Shown piece by piece: positions 10,187-19,800 of a stretch of DNA of 64,000 nt. The position numbers were made by a program, and so were the translations under genes. A model generated the notes under the pieces. It was not told where the DNA came from and ran no database searches. It saw only the letters and a program-made list of their open reading frames with translations. Numbering within the stretch: position 1 is the stretch's first letter; each line of letters starts with the position of its first letter. Origin of the DNA: Alphaproteobacteria bacterium (GTDB taxonomy: Bacteria > Pseudomonadota > Alphaproteobacteria > UBA828); NCBI GenBank assembly GCA_965214705.1, contig OZ243972.1, forward strand, positions 672,001-736,000. Reading direction: 5' to 3'.

Positions 10187-10498
10187 TTGCAAGAAGAGTC
10201 AGGGAGCGCTCAACTGAGCAAATCGGATCTTGTGCGACGTATCGTGGGAGAAACCGGACTGACCAGGCCGGATGCCGAGGCCGCCGTCAACTCCATGCTG
10301 TCCGGCATCGCCGCTTCACTCGCGCGAGGGGAGGCCGTCAGCCTTTCGGGCTTCGGGACCTTCGGCACCAGGAGCCGCCCCGCCCGCACGTGGCGAAATC
10401 CGAGGACCGGCGAGAGCCTGAAAATCGCCGCCTCGACCACGCCGACTTTCAAGGCCGGCAAGCCGTTGCGGGATGCCGTGAACGCAGGCGGGTCCTGA
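10187..10498 (+). CDS. HU/IHF-family DNA-binding protein
   Basis: SKSDLV...GEAVSLSGFGTF...RNPRTGE...PTFKAGKPLRDAVN. Confidence 0.92.
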   Translation: MQEESGSAQLSKSDLVRRIVGETGLTRPDAEAAVNSMLSGIAASLARGEAVSLSGFGTFGTRSRPARTWRNPRTGESLKIAASTTPTFKAGKPLRDAVNAGGS

Positions 10499-10675
10499 TC
10501 GGCGTGGCCGCCGGCCGAGGACAAGCGGGGACAGGAGAGGCCGCATGTTGAATTCGGCTGCATTCCATTCGAAGACAGCGCGTGCTCCGGCGGAACCACC
10601 AGGCCGAGGGAAATCAAGCCGGGACAACGGGTTGATGCACGGCCACCGTCTCAGCTACTCTTGAGTAACTTCTCT

Positions 10676-12100
10676 CTAAGCCGTTGACATAGAGGCATTT
10701 GTGTTTTTGTTGTCGTCGTCGATCTCGACCAGTTGGAAGCCGAGCTTCTTGGCCTGTCGACGGAGCGAAGAGAACTTTCGGTCCAGGCGTCGGCTCTCGT
10801 AGACCTCCATCCCCTTCTCGGCATATTGCTGGCCGCGGGTCACCATCAGGTAGATCAGGCAGGCGAGTTCTCGGGCGGTGGCGACAACGGCTACGCTGGT
10901 GTCCATCCGGGCGAGGCGGCTGCGGTGCTTGGCGCCGATGAAGGTTTGGCTGGTGCGAGCGGTCATGGCCGCCATGCGCAGTGCCTGGCCAACGCGGTTG
11001 ACCACCTTGGGCCCCCGGCCCGGCAACGGTTTGCCGCCGCTGATCCTGGTCCCAGGCGCCAGCCCCAGCCAGGAACTGAAGTGCTGTGCGGAGGGAAAGG
11101 CGGAGAAGTCAGGACCGATCTCGGCGGCGATCACCAGGGCAGTGTTGACGCCGACGGTGGGGATTGCGGTGAGATCGACCCCCATCATCTTATGCAGCGC
11201 CATAGCCATGGCCTTATCCTGCCCGCGGAGCGCCCTGCCGCTGCTGCTTGGGGTCTCGTTCGACGCCGTGCCCGATGATCCGACACTGGGAGTGTCCTCG
11301 GGCGTACCCTCATCCGTCGGATCGTCCGGCGGGGTCAGGTGCTCAACCTCCGCCATGATCCGCGCCTCGCAGTCCGCGATCTGCTGCTCCAGAAAGTCGT
11401 AGCGCTGCATCGCCTGCTCAAGCGCGAACAGGTGCTCCTCGCGCCAAGTGCCCTCCAGGCTCGCGGCAATCGTGTCGGCGCTGGCCTTGATCCGCCTGTC
11501 GCGAAGCGACGCCAGCCGCCCGGGGTCGCGCTCGCCGGCGATGATCGCCCGCAGGATGCGCTCACCCGTCTTCCCCATGATATCGCTGATCACCGAGTCC
11601 AGACGCACGTTCATCTGGGTCAGCGCCTTCTGCATATGCAGCACGCAGCGAGAGCGGTCCTCGATCAACTGCTTCGCCTGGCGCATGAAGGAGCGCAACG
11701 GGCAGATCGCGTCGCCCGGCCGGAAGGCGCCGCGCAGAAGGCCGTAGGACATCAGCTGCCAGATCCACTGGCAGTCCAGCACATCGCTCTTGCGCCCGCC
11801 GATCTGCTTCGTCATCCGGGGCGGCACAAGCATCACCTCGAAGCCGGCTCGATCCAGGACCTCGTAAACCGGGATCCAGTAGACCGAGGTCGACTCCATC
11901 GCCACCTTCGTCACACCGCACGACTTCAGCCACTCGGCCATCGCATCCAGGTCGCGCGTGAACGCGCCGAACTCCCTCACCGGTTCCTCGGCTCGCTCCG
12001 GATCCACCGCCACGAAGTGCCGGTCCTTGCCGATGTCGATCCCGGCGCAATTCGGGTGCACTACCTTGAGGCGCTGCCTCCTTCTCCGCTTGCGCGCCAT
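10676..12100 (-). CDS. IS110-family DEDD transposase/recombinase
   Basis: AGIDIGK, AMESTSVYW, RKSDVLDC (DEDD) and C-terminal WLGLAPGTRISGG serine loop. Confidence 0.95.
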   Translation of the reverse strand: MARKRRRRQRLKVVHPNCAGIDIGKDRHFVAVDPERAEEPVREFGAFTRDLDAMAEWLKSCGVTKVAMESTSVYWIPVYEVLDRAGFEVMLVPPRMTKQIGGRKSDVLDCQWIWQLMSYGLLRGAFRPGDAICPLRSFMRQAKQLIEDRSRCVLHMQKALTQMNVRLDSVISDIMGKTGERILRAIIAGERDPGRLASLRDRRIKASADTIAASLEGTWREEHLFALEQAMQRYDFLEQQIADCEARIMAEVEHLTPPDDPTDEGTPEDTPSVGSSGTASNETPSSSGRALRGQDKAMAMALHKMMGVDLTAIPTVGVNTALVIAAEIGPDFSAFPSAQHFSSWLGLAPGTRISGGKPLPGRGPKVVNRVGQALRMAAMTARTSQTFIGAKHRSRLARMDTSVAVVATARELACLIYLMVTRGQQYAEKGMEVYESRRLDRKFSSLRRQAKKLGFQLVEIDDDNKNTNASMSTA

Positions 12101-12357
12101 CGAGAGCCCTCCCAAACTCCGTTGACGTTGCGGGTGGGGAGGAACCGCGGCGAAGTCTCAATCTCTTGAACGAGGTCACGGGCGAACCCGCGCCATCAGT
12201 GACAGAAGCCGATCACGGTTCGGGCCAAGCTTCCAAACGGGTGCCCTCGCACGCCACTGAAGGGACGGCCTCGTCTGCCCTACCCGCTACCACTTCACGC
12301 TTCAACCGTCGAAGACTCAACCCCAGTCGAAGACTCTACCCCCAGTTACTTCAGCGA
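12101..12357 (-). ncRNA. Putative bridge RNA-encoding non-coding end of IS110
   Basis: Position and size match IS110 bridge RNAs; UUCG-capped hairpin; internal TCAAGAG matches the element's own end. Confidence 0.6.
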
Positions 12358-12694
12358 CTGAGCCGCTGCGCCGCAGTGGTGGTGGCTTCCAAGCTTCTGA
12401 AACAAGCAGTTAGGTGACTAAAGACATATCCCAGCGCATTCCCGGCCAGACACATGCGAGCCTCAAGTGGCCCCATATCGCGACGGCACTGCATTTGATT
12501 GGAATCGAGGCGTGAGAGGCACGCAGGACGATGGACAAGATTGTTAACTGGTTCCTCGACCAGGTACCGCCGCGGACAGGAGACTTGCCCGGGGGAAGTC
12601 GTAGACGACACCAACACTCACTTGCGGATCGAGCGCTCAAGTCGAATTTGAAGCGTTGCTTGGAATGGCACCGGACCAACTACCGGCCCTCGCC

Positions 12695-13558
12695 TTAACC
12701 ATTTGGATCAAACAATTGAGCGAGTTCAGTTACAATTTCGTCTATGCTAAGAATTGAGGTGTTCAGCGCCACTTTGTCAGCCAACGTTGGGCTATATTGG
12801 GTAACCTCGTCCTTTGATATTTCATGCCAAATTGGGAGAATACGACTTCGGCCCTCAATTTCAAGATTTACCAAGCCATCCAACTCCCGCTGGGGCCACT
12901 TCTTTGCAATAAAATGTCGAGATATAATCACTATTCCAAAACGTGATTGGACTAGCCCTTGGTCAATTCTCTGTCGCAAACTATCCCCTATCTTTAGAGT
13001 GAACTCATCATACCAAACCCTTGCTCCTTTAGCTCGAAGAGCTTCCGCTAAAGCGTGAACAAAACTGTCTTTGTCTTCACTAGCATGAGAAATAAAGAAA
13101 TCATAGCTATCTCTAGGTTGAGGAGCTAGTTGGCGTGACACAACCGGCGTGGATTGCAATGTTGCACGAGACCTTATTTCCCTAGTGATTCTTCTTTCGT
13201 GTTGTTCGCGCTCACGAATTTGCTTTTTCTCTTGGTCGGCACGTCTTTTTGCCTCCCTTTGCACTTCTTGTGAGTGTCGGTCCTGACATGAGTTCAAGCT
13301 TCTTGACTTATCCGATATTTTTCTGGAGATATCCGCTCTCCGCTTTTGAACATTCGCCAAATCTTTCATCGCGCGCTCGGCTTCTCGCGCCTTACTCTGA
13401 AACGTCGAGGAACTTCTTGTTTTGGAAGCAGCTTCGTTAGCACGGTTTATTTTCGCAATAAGGTCAGCTTCCCTTCTTGCTTCTCGAGCGTCGTTAGCAC
13501 GGAGGTCCGCGATTTCCTTCGTAAAACGATTGATCTGGTTTTGGTTAGCGGAGGTCAT
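12695..13558 (-). CDS. Coiled-coil plus TIR domain protein (TcpB/BtpA/PdTIR-like architecture)
   Basis: Long charged helical N-terminus; YDFFISHASEDKD, VWYDEFTLKIGDSLR, and KKWPQRELDGL with the catalytic Glu. Confidence 0.92.
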   Translation of the reverse strand: MTSANQNQINRFTKEIADLRANDAREARREADLIAKINRANEAASKTRSSSTFQSKAREAERAMKDLANVQKRRADISRKISDKSRSLNSCQDRHSQEVQREAKRRADQEKKQIREREQHERRITREIRSRATLQSTPVVSRQLAPQPRDSYDFFISHASEDKDSFVHALAEALRAKGARVWYDEFTLKIGDSLRQRIDQGLVQSRFGIVIISRHFIAKKWPQRELDGLVNLEIEGRSRILPIWHEISKDEVTQYSPTLADKVALNTSILSIDEIVTELAQLFDPNG

Positions 13559-13901
13559 TTTTCTCTTGGCGGAACTGGGAGCGCTGTTGCGCCGGAAGGA
13601 AAAATGTCGATGGCCCAGTCGCATTGCTGCGTCCGGCTATATCGGTACCGTGTTGAAGCCGCTCCGGGTGCAGAGGCCGCCTTCGGGTGTAACAGTCTCT
13701 GTACGACCGACCTTTATGAAGGATCTGATAGGCGACGAGGCGGTAATTGCTGACCGAGGCGGAGTTGCTGCTACAGTATCTTTCTTCGTTGAAGTAGATG
13801 TCGAAATTATCGTCGCTGCAGTCGGCAAGAGTGTGGGCTTGAATCGCGAACAGATCGATCGAGCAAACGCGGTTGAGGACGGTAGTCATGCGCGGCATCA
13901 C
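13545..13901 (-). CDS. Possible small hypothetical protein inside the TIR operon
   Basis: ORF fills the gap between two TIR genes on the same strand; no recognisable motif. Confidence 0.3.
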   Translation of the reverse strand: MMPRMTTVLNRVCSIDLFAIQAHTLADCSDDNFDIYFNEERYCSSNSASVSNYRLVAYQILHKGRSYRDCYTRRRPLHPERLQHGTDIAGRSNATGPSTFFLPAQQRSQFRQEKNDLR

Positions 13902-13910
13902 TGCTTCGCC

Positions 13911-14516
13911 TTAGGAGTTGGCACGCCGCATGGGCTGGCTCAGGTCGTAGCCACAGTTTGCTCGGTTACGAAAGGCAGCTTCAATCAGAAATTTGAGAGT
14001 CTCGCCGTTTATTCGTTCCCAGGGAACGACGGAGATTGTGACATCGGATTTCATGAGGTTGTCGATGAGCCGGCTTGGCATGCGGGGATACCGACGCTCG
14101 TACTCCGCTCGTTTGTCGATTGTTGTCCATGACGTAATATTTGGATACAATAATCGCTTTTCTTGTTCCCCATAGGGTGCGTGAAAATAGTCAGAAATCC
14201 CAGGAAGATTGATAACTACAATGCCCGATCTCTTGTTGACCGAGCCATCGTACATGCTCGAATGAATTTCCCAATCGACGTGTTTTCGCCGTCTGGTCTC
14301 TGTACCGACCAAAACAACGGTGACCGTGGAGTCCCTGAGATAGCGGTCTCTGATTGCCCGACGAATTTGTTCATCGGTCCATGTGTGAGGAATATCTCCG
14401 GTATCGACAGACCTGTCGACAAATATTGAATAACGCTCGCCAAAGTCTACTAACGCTTCCTTGTACCTTTGATCGTTATCATGGTGATAACTAATGAATA
14501 CTTTGTGCATAGCCAT
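13911..14516 (-). CDS. ThsB-like TIR protein (MTH538/DUF1863)
   Basis: HKVFISYHH, YLRDSTVTVVLVGTET and HVDWEIHSSM (catalytic Glu). Confidence 0.9.
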   Translation of the reverse strand: MAMHKVFISYHHDNDQRYKEALVDFGERYSIFVDRSVDTGDIPHTWTDEQIRRAIRDRYLRDSTVTVVLVGTETRRRKHVDWEIHSSMYDGSVNKRSGIVVINLPGISDYFHAPYGEQEKRLLYPNITSWTTIDKRAEYERRYPRMPSRLIDNLMKSDVTISVVPWERINGETLKFLIEAAFRNRANCGYDLSQPMRRANS

Positions 14517-15330
14517 TCTTATTTGTAACGATTTGATGTAAACCACGGGATACGATGTCGACTGCCTCTTGGATATGAGGCGTCCGAGCTAGGACATAGT
14601 TTTCCTCCTGGGAGAGACCGTTGTGTAGATCGTCCGGGGAATAGTTGCGAAAACAGTCTCTTCCGGACCAATCCTCGCGCGAGCCTCCCCAGCGTTCGGA
14701 GAGCCCGAGTGTTTCCGCGATGTCGCGAGCGCAGCCGCCGAAGCCGCCCAGCAGGAAGACCGGCTGACCGGCGTCAAGCGAGAGGTATGTCTCCTCGGCG
14801 ATACCCGGCATGGCGCCTTTGAATCCCTCGACTCTGCCGCCCAGAACGATCCGAGCAGATATGTCGGCGAGCATGACGGTTCGCATTGAGGTCAGTCCTT
14901 TCGCCCATTCATACTCCTGAGGTGCATGCGCAGGAAGGCTCATACGTTGTTCCCGTTCAAGACGTGCGCCGTCCAAGGAAAGGAAGACGAGGTGAGCGGC
15001 CGGCTCGTGGTCCGCAGAGAACGCTGCAAGTTCGTTCGAGGTCATGCTGATGTGCACCGGCCACGCCAGGTAGTCTGTCACGACTATGGTGCCGGCGTGC
15101 CGCGGATGACCCCGATAGCGTCCAACCAACTCGGCCAAGAGCTGGGTAAACCCGTGTTGTCGCAGATCCCCGCCGTATGCCAGACTAATTCCAGAAGCGA
15201 GCAAGCGCAGTGCAACCTCAGCCATGGCGTCGCGCAAATGTCCGTCGCTCAGGCCGAGGACGCGGAGGTCGGGGCTCTCTGAAATCGAGATCCCGACCGA
15301 GGGGGTTGTCTCCGCTTGGGGTGAGGTCAT
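14491..15330 (-). CDS. SLOG-superfamily protein (LD_cluster2-like), candidate signal sensor/effector
   Basis: VGISISES, LAYGGDLR..GFT, GLTSMR, ARIVLGG, MPGIAEE, PVFLLGGFGG; overlaps both neighbours. Confidence 0.82.
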   Translation of the reverse strand: MTSPQAETTPSVGISISESPDLRVLGLSDGHLRDAMAEVALRLLASGISLAYGGDLRQHGFTQLLAELVGRYRGHPRHAGTIVVTDYLAWPVHISMTSNELAAFSADHEPAAHLVFLSLDGARLEREQRMSLPAHAPQEYEWAKGLTSMRTVMLADISARIVLGGRVEGFKGAMPGIAEETYLSLDAGQPVFLLGGFGGCARDIAETLGLSERWGGSREDWSGRDCFRNYSPDDLHNGLSQEENYVLARTPHIQEAVDIVSRGLHQIVTNKNGYAQSIH

Positions 15331-16502
15331 CGACGTTCCTCCAGCCAGTCCGTCAAGGTCTGTACGCGTACCCCCGGTGCGATTTCCCGGAACAGCCTCT
15401 CATCGTCGGCGCTTAGAAGGGGTTCAGGATATACGATCGTGTGAGCCGAGTCCTCGGCACCAAGTGGTACTGCAGCCAAAGCGATCAACTCTGGTGGGCG
15501 TGCCGTGAACAGGACTCCTGGAGCATCCGTCATATACGACCCTACACGGCAAAGCCACAGCCAAGTGCGGAAGACCTCATCCAGGAGGCAGCCTGCAACC
15601 GTCCCGATCCGGTCACTACGGTCCGGATCCATACGGACGACCGGAACGTTCCCCAGATAGGACATCCCGCGCGGATCTACATCTCGCACGCAATCGACCA
15701 CGATCATGGGCACCAGGCGACGTTTCGCTTCGATGACTTCGCGCCGGCACCATTCGCGGGATGAGTACGAATCAGTATGGACCGCTAGGAGCGCGCCTGC
15801 CCCGATCTCATGCAGCAGTACGTCTCCGAACGAAAGCCCCGGCGGGATGTCATAGACATCGAAGAAGCTGTCGAGCGGGCTGTGCGTGTGGATCCAGTCG
15901 CGAATGCTGCGTCCCACGGATTCGCCATCGCCGTCATGCTTCGAGTGGCTGATGAAGACCCGAATCTTGTCCAGATAGCGTCCGAGCGTGTCGTCTCCAG
16001 CGCCGGCGGGCCGGAGTTGGTCGAGGCCATGTCGGAGCATTCGACAGAACTCGTGAGTGAGATCTGAGGTGAGGCGTCGTGCAGGGTCTACATCGGACGC
16101 GTCCCAGCGGTCCCACCGGAGGGCTTGCTGTGCGACCCCAAGGCCAAGGCCCCGGCGGTCCATTGTCACCGGGAAGAACCCGGCCGGAAGTCCTCGCCGG
16201 TGCGCGGCATCCGCGATGGCGGATGCGTAGTCGACCCACTCGCGATCTTCAACTAGGTTCGATTCCGCCAGAACCACAACGGCGGTAAACTGCGAGTCAT
16301 CCCAGTGGATTGGCAAGGGAGTGAGCGCGCCTGGCACGGGCTGGCTACGCTCAAGGACGCTTACGGCACGCTCCTGCCCGACGCCCCGATAGAGATCACG
16401 ACCAAAGTGCGTGCGGAGGAGATCAGCAATCTGCTGTCCTTCGCGATACGATGGATGCCACACCACGTACAGCGTGAACATCGGACCTGTCGATAACTCC
16501 AT
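15327..16502 (-). CDS. TIR domain protein with an N-terminal degenerate TIR-like region
   Basis: RVFISHSKHDG, FFDVYDIPPG and YSSREWCRREV (catalytic Glu); ATGA overlap with the SLOG gene. Confidence 0.88.
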   Translation of the reverse strand: MELSTGPMFTLYVVWHPSYREGQQIADLLRTHFGRDLYRGVGQERAVSVLERSQPVPGALTPLPIHWDDSQFTAVVVLAESNLVEDREWVDYASAIADAAHRRGLPAGFFPVTMDRRGLGLGVAQQALRWDRWDASDVDPARRLTSDLTHEFCRMLRHGLDQLRPAGAGDDTLGRYLDKIRVFISHSKHDGDGESVGRSIRDWIHTHSPLDSFFDVYDIPPGLSFGDVLLHEIGAGALLAVHTDSYSSREWCRREVIEAKRRLVPMIVVDCVRDVDPRGMSYLGNVPVVRMDPDRSDRIGTVAGCLLDEVFRTWLWLCRVGSYMTDAPGVLFTARPPELIALAAVPLGAEDSAHTIVYPEPLLSADDERLFREIAPGVRVQTLTDWLEERR

Positions 16503-17127
16503 GGTGCTGAAAACCCAGTCTCACGTTCGTTCAGTAATTCGCTCATTCATTCGGCGCCGATCCCGATTGCGTTGGATGTTTGTGGAAAGCAGCCTCGGCT
16601 CCTCGTCCGGATACACGCAAGGTGGGATCAAAGGCGAACTCATGGTCACGGGTTTCTCCGTCATTGCAAGCGTCTTTCGCAGCTACTTGCATAGGCCTCG
16701 GTTCAGGCTCCCCACGTCTGGGCTGCGCAAGCCCGTCGTGGGCTGCCGTGTCGATATTCAGTCTGGATCCATTTGCGGCATCGGCACTTTCCTGGGGACG
16801 GCCTCGGTGCTGCCATGACGCCAAAGGCTATCGTTGTGGGCGCCCCACAGTGAAGTTGTCGGGTTGCGCCGTCTCGACTGGGATGATCTGCGGCCTGGTG
16901 AGGACGCTGAGGCTCTGGTACGTGGTCTCGTGGTGGCGGGTGACGAGATCGGCACGGTGCGCCGCACGGGCGGGAGGGGTTGCCCGAGAGGGCTTCACCG
17001 CCAAGATTCCAACCGTGCGCGGCTGGCGGGGTTGAATTTGGCGATCAGAACCCCAGATGTAGTGTTTTGGGCGAGGGAAGGCCATACCCGTCGTGTTCGG
17101 TGGATTTGGCCAATCAGGAGAATCCAA

Positions 17128-17418
17128 GTGTCGGAGAGCAGATCTCACAAGACAACGGCGAATCGTTTGGCGGCCCGGTACAACACCGAGTACAACCGTG
17201 GACCGGGGGCCGACATCAAGGCGGAGGGCATCACGATCGAGGTAGAGACACCCGACACGGTCGCTGACGCGGGCAGGCAGCTGAGCGGTCATCGTGGTCC
17301 GGTATATGTCGCGGGGACAAACCAGAAGGCGGTAGAGCAGGCGCTGGACCGGTACGAGGACTCGACCATTGGCGTTATGAACAATCGAGGAAATATCATC
17401 AAGCCGTCGACGCGGTAG
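17128..17418 (+). CDS. Small protein with a PD-(D/E)xK-like nuclease signature
   Basis: AGGAG RBS before GTG 17128; SH......GADI...TIEVET resembles the H...D...EVE restriction-fold motif. Confidence 0.55.
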   Translation: MSESRSHKTTANRLAARYNTEYNRGPGADIKAEGITIEVETPDTVADAGRQLSGHRGPVYVAGTNQKAVEQALDRYEDSTIGVMNNRGNIIKPSTR

Positions 17419-17559
17419 CCTGCGGCGCTTTACGAATCAAGGTTCCGCAGACCCGCGATTGTCCGTTGCTCCAGCGTTCCATGCGCTATCCGGATTGAAT
17501 GAGGCGTAAAGCTCATTCGCGGCTTTGCAACCTAGGGATCAGAGGAGACCGCATAGATT

Positions 17560-18144
17560 ATGGCACGCTATTTTTCGGGCACGAGAAGCGAATTTCTCAC
17601 GCTTGAAGCTGCATCGAAGAGGGATTTGACGTGGGATGTTTTTGTGTCCCATACCACCGAAGACGACGATGTCGCGGAAGAGGTCGCCGAGTGCATCCGG
17701 AGCTTCGGGCTGTCGGCATGGGTGGATTCCGACCATCTGGACAGTAAGCATGATGGACCGAGTATGGCGTCCATTATCCAGGGGGTGATCCGACGGTCAT
17801 ACTGCTTACTGGCTGTCGTGACGAGCGCGACGAACGAGTCGTGGTGGGTGCCGTTTGAAATTGGTGTGGCTTCCGACAGAAAGAGGTACCTGTCCACATT
17901 CGGGGACCCGCGAGTGTTACTGCCGTCATTTCTTGCGGCCTGGCCGCGCGTGAGGGATCACGCGGAGCTGCATTTGTGGTGCTCCGAGGTGAAGAAAAAG
18001 AAAGCAACGCATAGGCCAATAATCCATGAATCGTATGTAGAGGTGGCGAGCGCACAGCGCTCCAGCTACGCTAGTGACATGAGAGCAATGGCCCGAAGGT
18101 TCCCAGGGCTCCGATGGGGTGTAGGTCTGGCATGGCGATCGTAA
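17560..18144 (+). CDS. TIR domain protein; the last residues are read through into the IS end
   Basis: WDVFVSHTTEDD, SAWVDS and SWWVPFEIGVA (catalytic Glu); GAGGAG RBS. Confidence 0.9.
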   Translation: MARYFSGTRSEFLTLEAASKRDLTWDVFVSHTTEDDDVAEEVAECIRSFGLSAWVDSDHLDSKHDGPSMASIIQGVIRRSYCLLAVVTSATNESWWVPFEIGVASDRKRYLSTFGDPRVLLPSFLAAWPRVRDHAELHLWCSEVKKKKATHRPIIHESYVEVASAQRSSYASDMRAMARRFPGLRWGVGLAWRS

Positions 18145-19795
18145 GTCATTGATTTAGCGCGATTGGCGGGTGGCCGTAGGCAGCCAGAATCGGGTTTTCG
18201 TGACAATCGGCCGGTGCAGGGCCGGATTTTGTCACAACGGCGGCATCCAGCAGTGGTGGGTGGGAACGCTCCGCACCGCGAGATGCGGTAGGATGCCGCG
18301 CCGACAACCCAACATCAGACCCAACATCAGGAGCGTTCCCATGCCAGTGTCGCAGTCTCTCATCGCCTCGTCCATCGACCTTTTGGGCCTGCCTGCCGAA
18401 GTCGCCGAAGCGGTCGCCCAGGTGGTGGAGTTCTGTCGCGAACAGGCTGGGTCTGACCCGTCTGCCGAGACGTTCGAAACGGTTGAGACGGGGCTGCGGG
18501 ACGCCATGAACGGCTTGGGTTGCAAGCTCCTTGGGGCCTTCGCCGAGAGCCGCGACGACGGTGCGAGCCGGATCGAGCGCGACGGACAGAGCTGGGTCCG
18601 GGTGGCGGCGACGCCGAAGACGATCATGACGACGCTCGGTCCCGTGACCTATCGGCGTGCGCGCTATCGCAGCGGCGCGAGCAGCACGTCGCTGGTGCCG
18701 GTGGACGAGAGCCTGGGCCTCATCGACGACTACCTGACGCGGCCGGCGGCGCAGCTCGGGCTGATGATGATGGGCCACTGTACGCCGCGTGAAGCGGAGG
18801 AGTTCTTCGCGAAAATGGGCGGAATGACGCCGTCGGTGAGCACGCTGCAGCGCCTGGCCCTGAGCATGCATGAGCACTGGGAGAGCGTCGCCCCGGAGAC
18901 GCTGGCCAGCATCCGTGAAACCCAGGGCATACCGCCCGATGCGGTCACCGCGTCCGTCTCCCTTGACGGCGTCATGGTGGCGCTGCGGGCCGGCGAGGAC
19001 GGCCGTGCCGAGGCGTGCTGGCGCGAGGCCTCTTGCGGCACGGTCTCCTTCCACGACGCCGAGGGCCAACGGCTGAAGACCCTCTATCTCGGCCGTATGC
19101 CCGAGAGCGGCAAGGCCGCGCTGAAAGCGCAACTTGCAAGCGAGGTCGCCCATATCCGCCGTGTGAGCCCGAAGATCAGGATCGGCGCCGTCGCCGACGG
19201 GGCCGCCGACAACTGGACCTTCCTCGAAAGCCTCTCGCCCGAGACCGAGGTCATCGACTTCTGGCACGCTTGCGAGCATCTCCGCGTGGCCTCTGACCAT
19301 GCGGTGGCGCGCCACTGGTTCGAGAAGCACCGCGAAATCCTGCGCCACGACCCCCGCGGCGTCGACAAGGTGATCCGGGCACTGCGCTACCTCCTGGACA
19401 GGGCAAAGGGGGACCCGGCCGAGATCGAGCGCGAGCTGGCCTTCTTCCGAAAGCACCGCCATCGGATGCGCTACCACGCCCTGAAGGAAGAGGGCATCGC
19501 CATCGGCTCGGGTGTGGTCGAGGCGGCCTGCAAGACCCTCGTCGCGCAGCGCTTGAAACGCTCGGGCATGCGCTGGCGGATCGACGGCGGGCAGGCGGTT
19601 CTGACCTTCCGCGCCCTGATCAAATCCGGCCTCTTCGACCGGGCATGGGATGCGCTCATGGACGCCCGATCCGGACCAGCTAACGACAACATCAGCCCAA
19701 CCGAAGTCCTGGCACTCGCTGCTTGACCAAAATGAACCAGCCCATATCCTTTAGCGCCATCACGACTGGCATATCGCCATACGAGAATCACACCC
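18117..19795 (+). mobile_element. ISKra4/ISLre2-like (p-MULT) insertion sequence
   Basis: Imperfect 23-bp TIRs GGGTGTAGGTCTGGCATGGCGAT and ATCGCCATACGAGAATCACACCC; 8-bp TSD CTCCGATG at 18109..18116 and 19796..19803. Confidence 0.9.
18341..19726 (+). CDS. ISKra4-like DDE transposase
   Basis: SLDGVMV, VADGA..NW, IDFWHACEHL and IGSGVVEAACK...RLKRSGMRW. Confidence 0.9.
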   Translation: MPVSQSLIASSIDLLGLPAEVAEAVAQVVEFCREQAGSDPSAETFETVETGLRDAMNGLGCKLLGAFAESRDDGASRIERDGQSWVRVAATPKTIMTTLGPVTYRRARYRSGASSTSLVPVDESLGLIDDYLTRPAAQLGLMMMGHCTPREAEEFFAKMGGMTPSVSTLQRLALSMHEHWESVAPETLASIRETQGIPPDAVTASVSLDGVMVALRAGEDGRAEACWREASCGTVSFHDAEGQRLKTLYLGRMPESGKAALKAQLASEVAHIRRVSPKIRIGAVADGAADNWTFLESLSPETEVIDFWHACEHLRVASDHAVARHWFEKHREILRHDPRGVDKVIRALRYLLDRAKGDPAEIERELAFFRKHRHRMRYHALKEEGIAIGSGVVEAACKTLVAQRLKRSGMRWRIDGGQAVLTFRALIKSGLFDRAWDALMDARSGPANDNISPTEVLALAA

Positions 19796-19800
19796 CTCCG

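Larger units (their letters stand above)
10658..12359 (-). mobile_element. IS110-family insertion sequence (ends approximate)
   Basis: Transposase gene; subterminal inverted motifs GAGTAACT (10663) and AGTTACTTC (12344); CT dinucleotide at both inferred junctions; ~255-nt non-coding end upstream of the gene. Confidence 0.8.

Noticed and set aside
12695-13558. TcpB-like TIR as a eukaryote-directed virulence factor
   Set aside because: Its context with SLOG and other TIR genes favours anti-phage defence; a host-directed role is not excluded but is unsupported here.
16503-17127. ncRNA or gene between the divergent TIR arms
   Set aside because: I could not find a convincing ORF, repeat or stable structure by eye; treated as a promoter or intergenic region.
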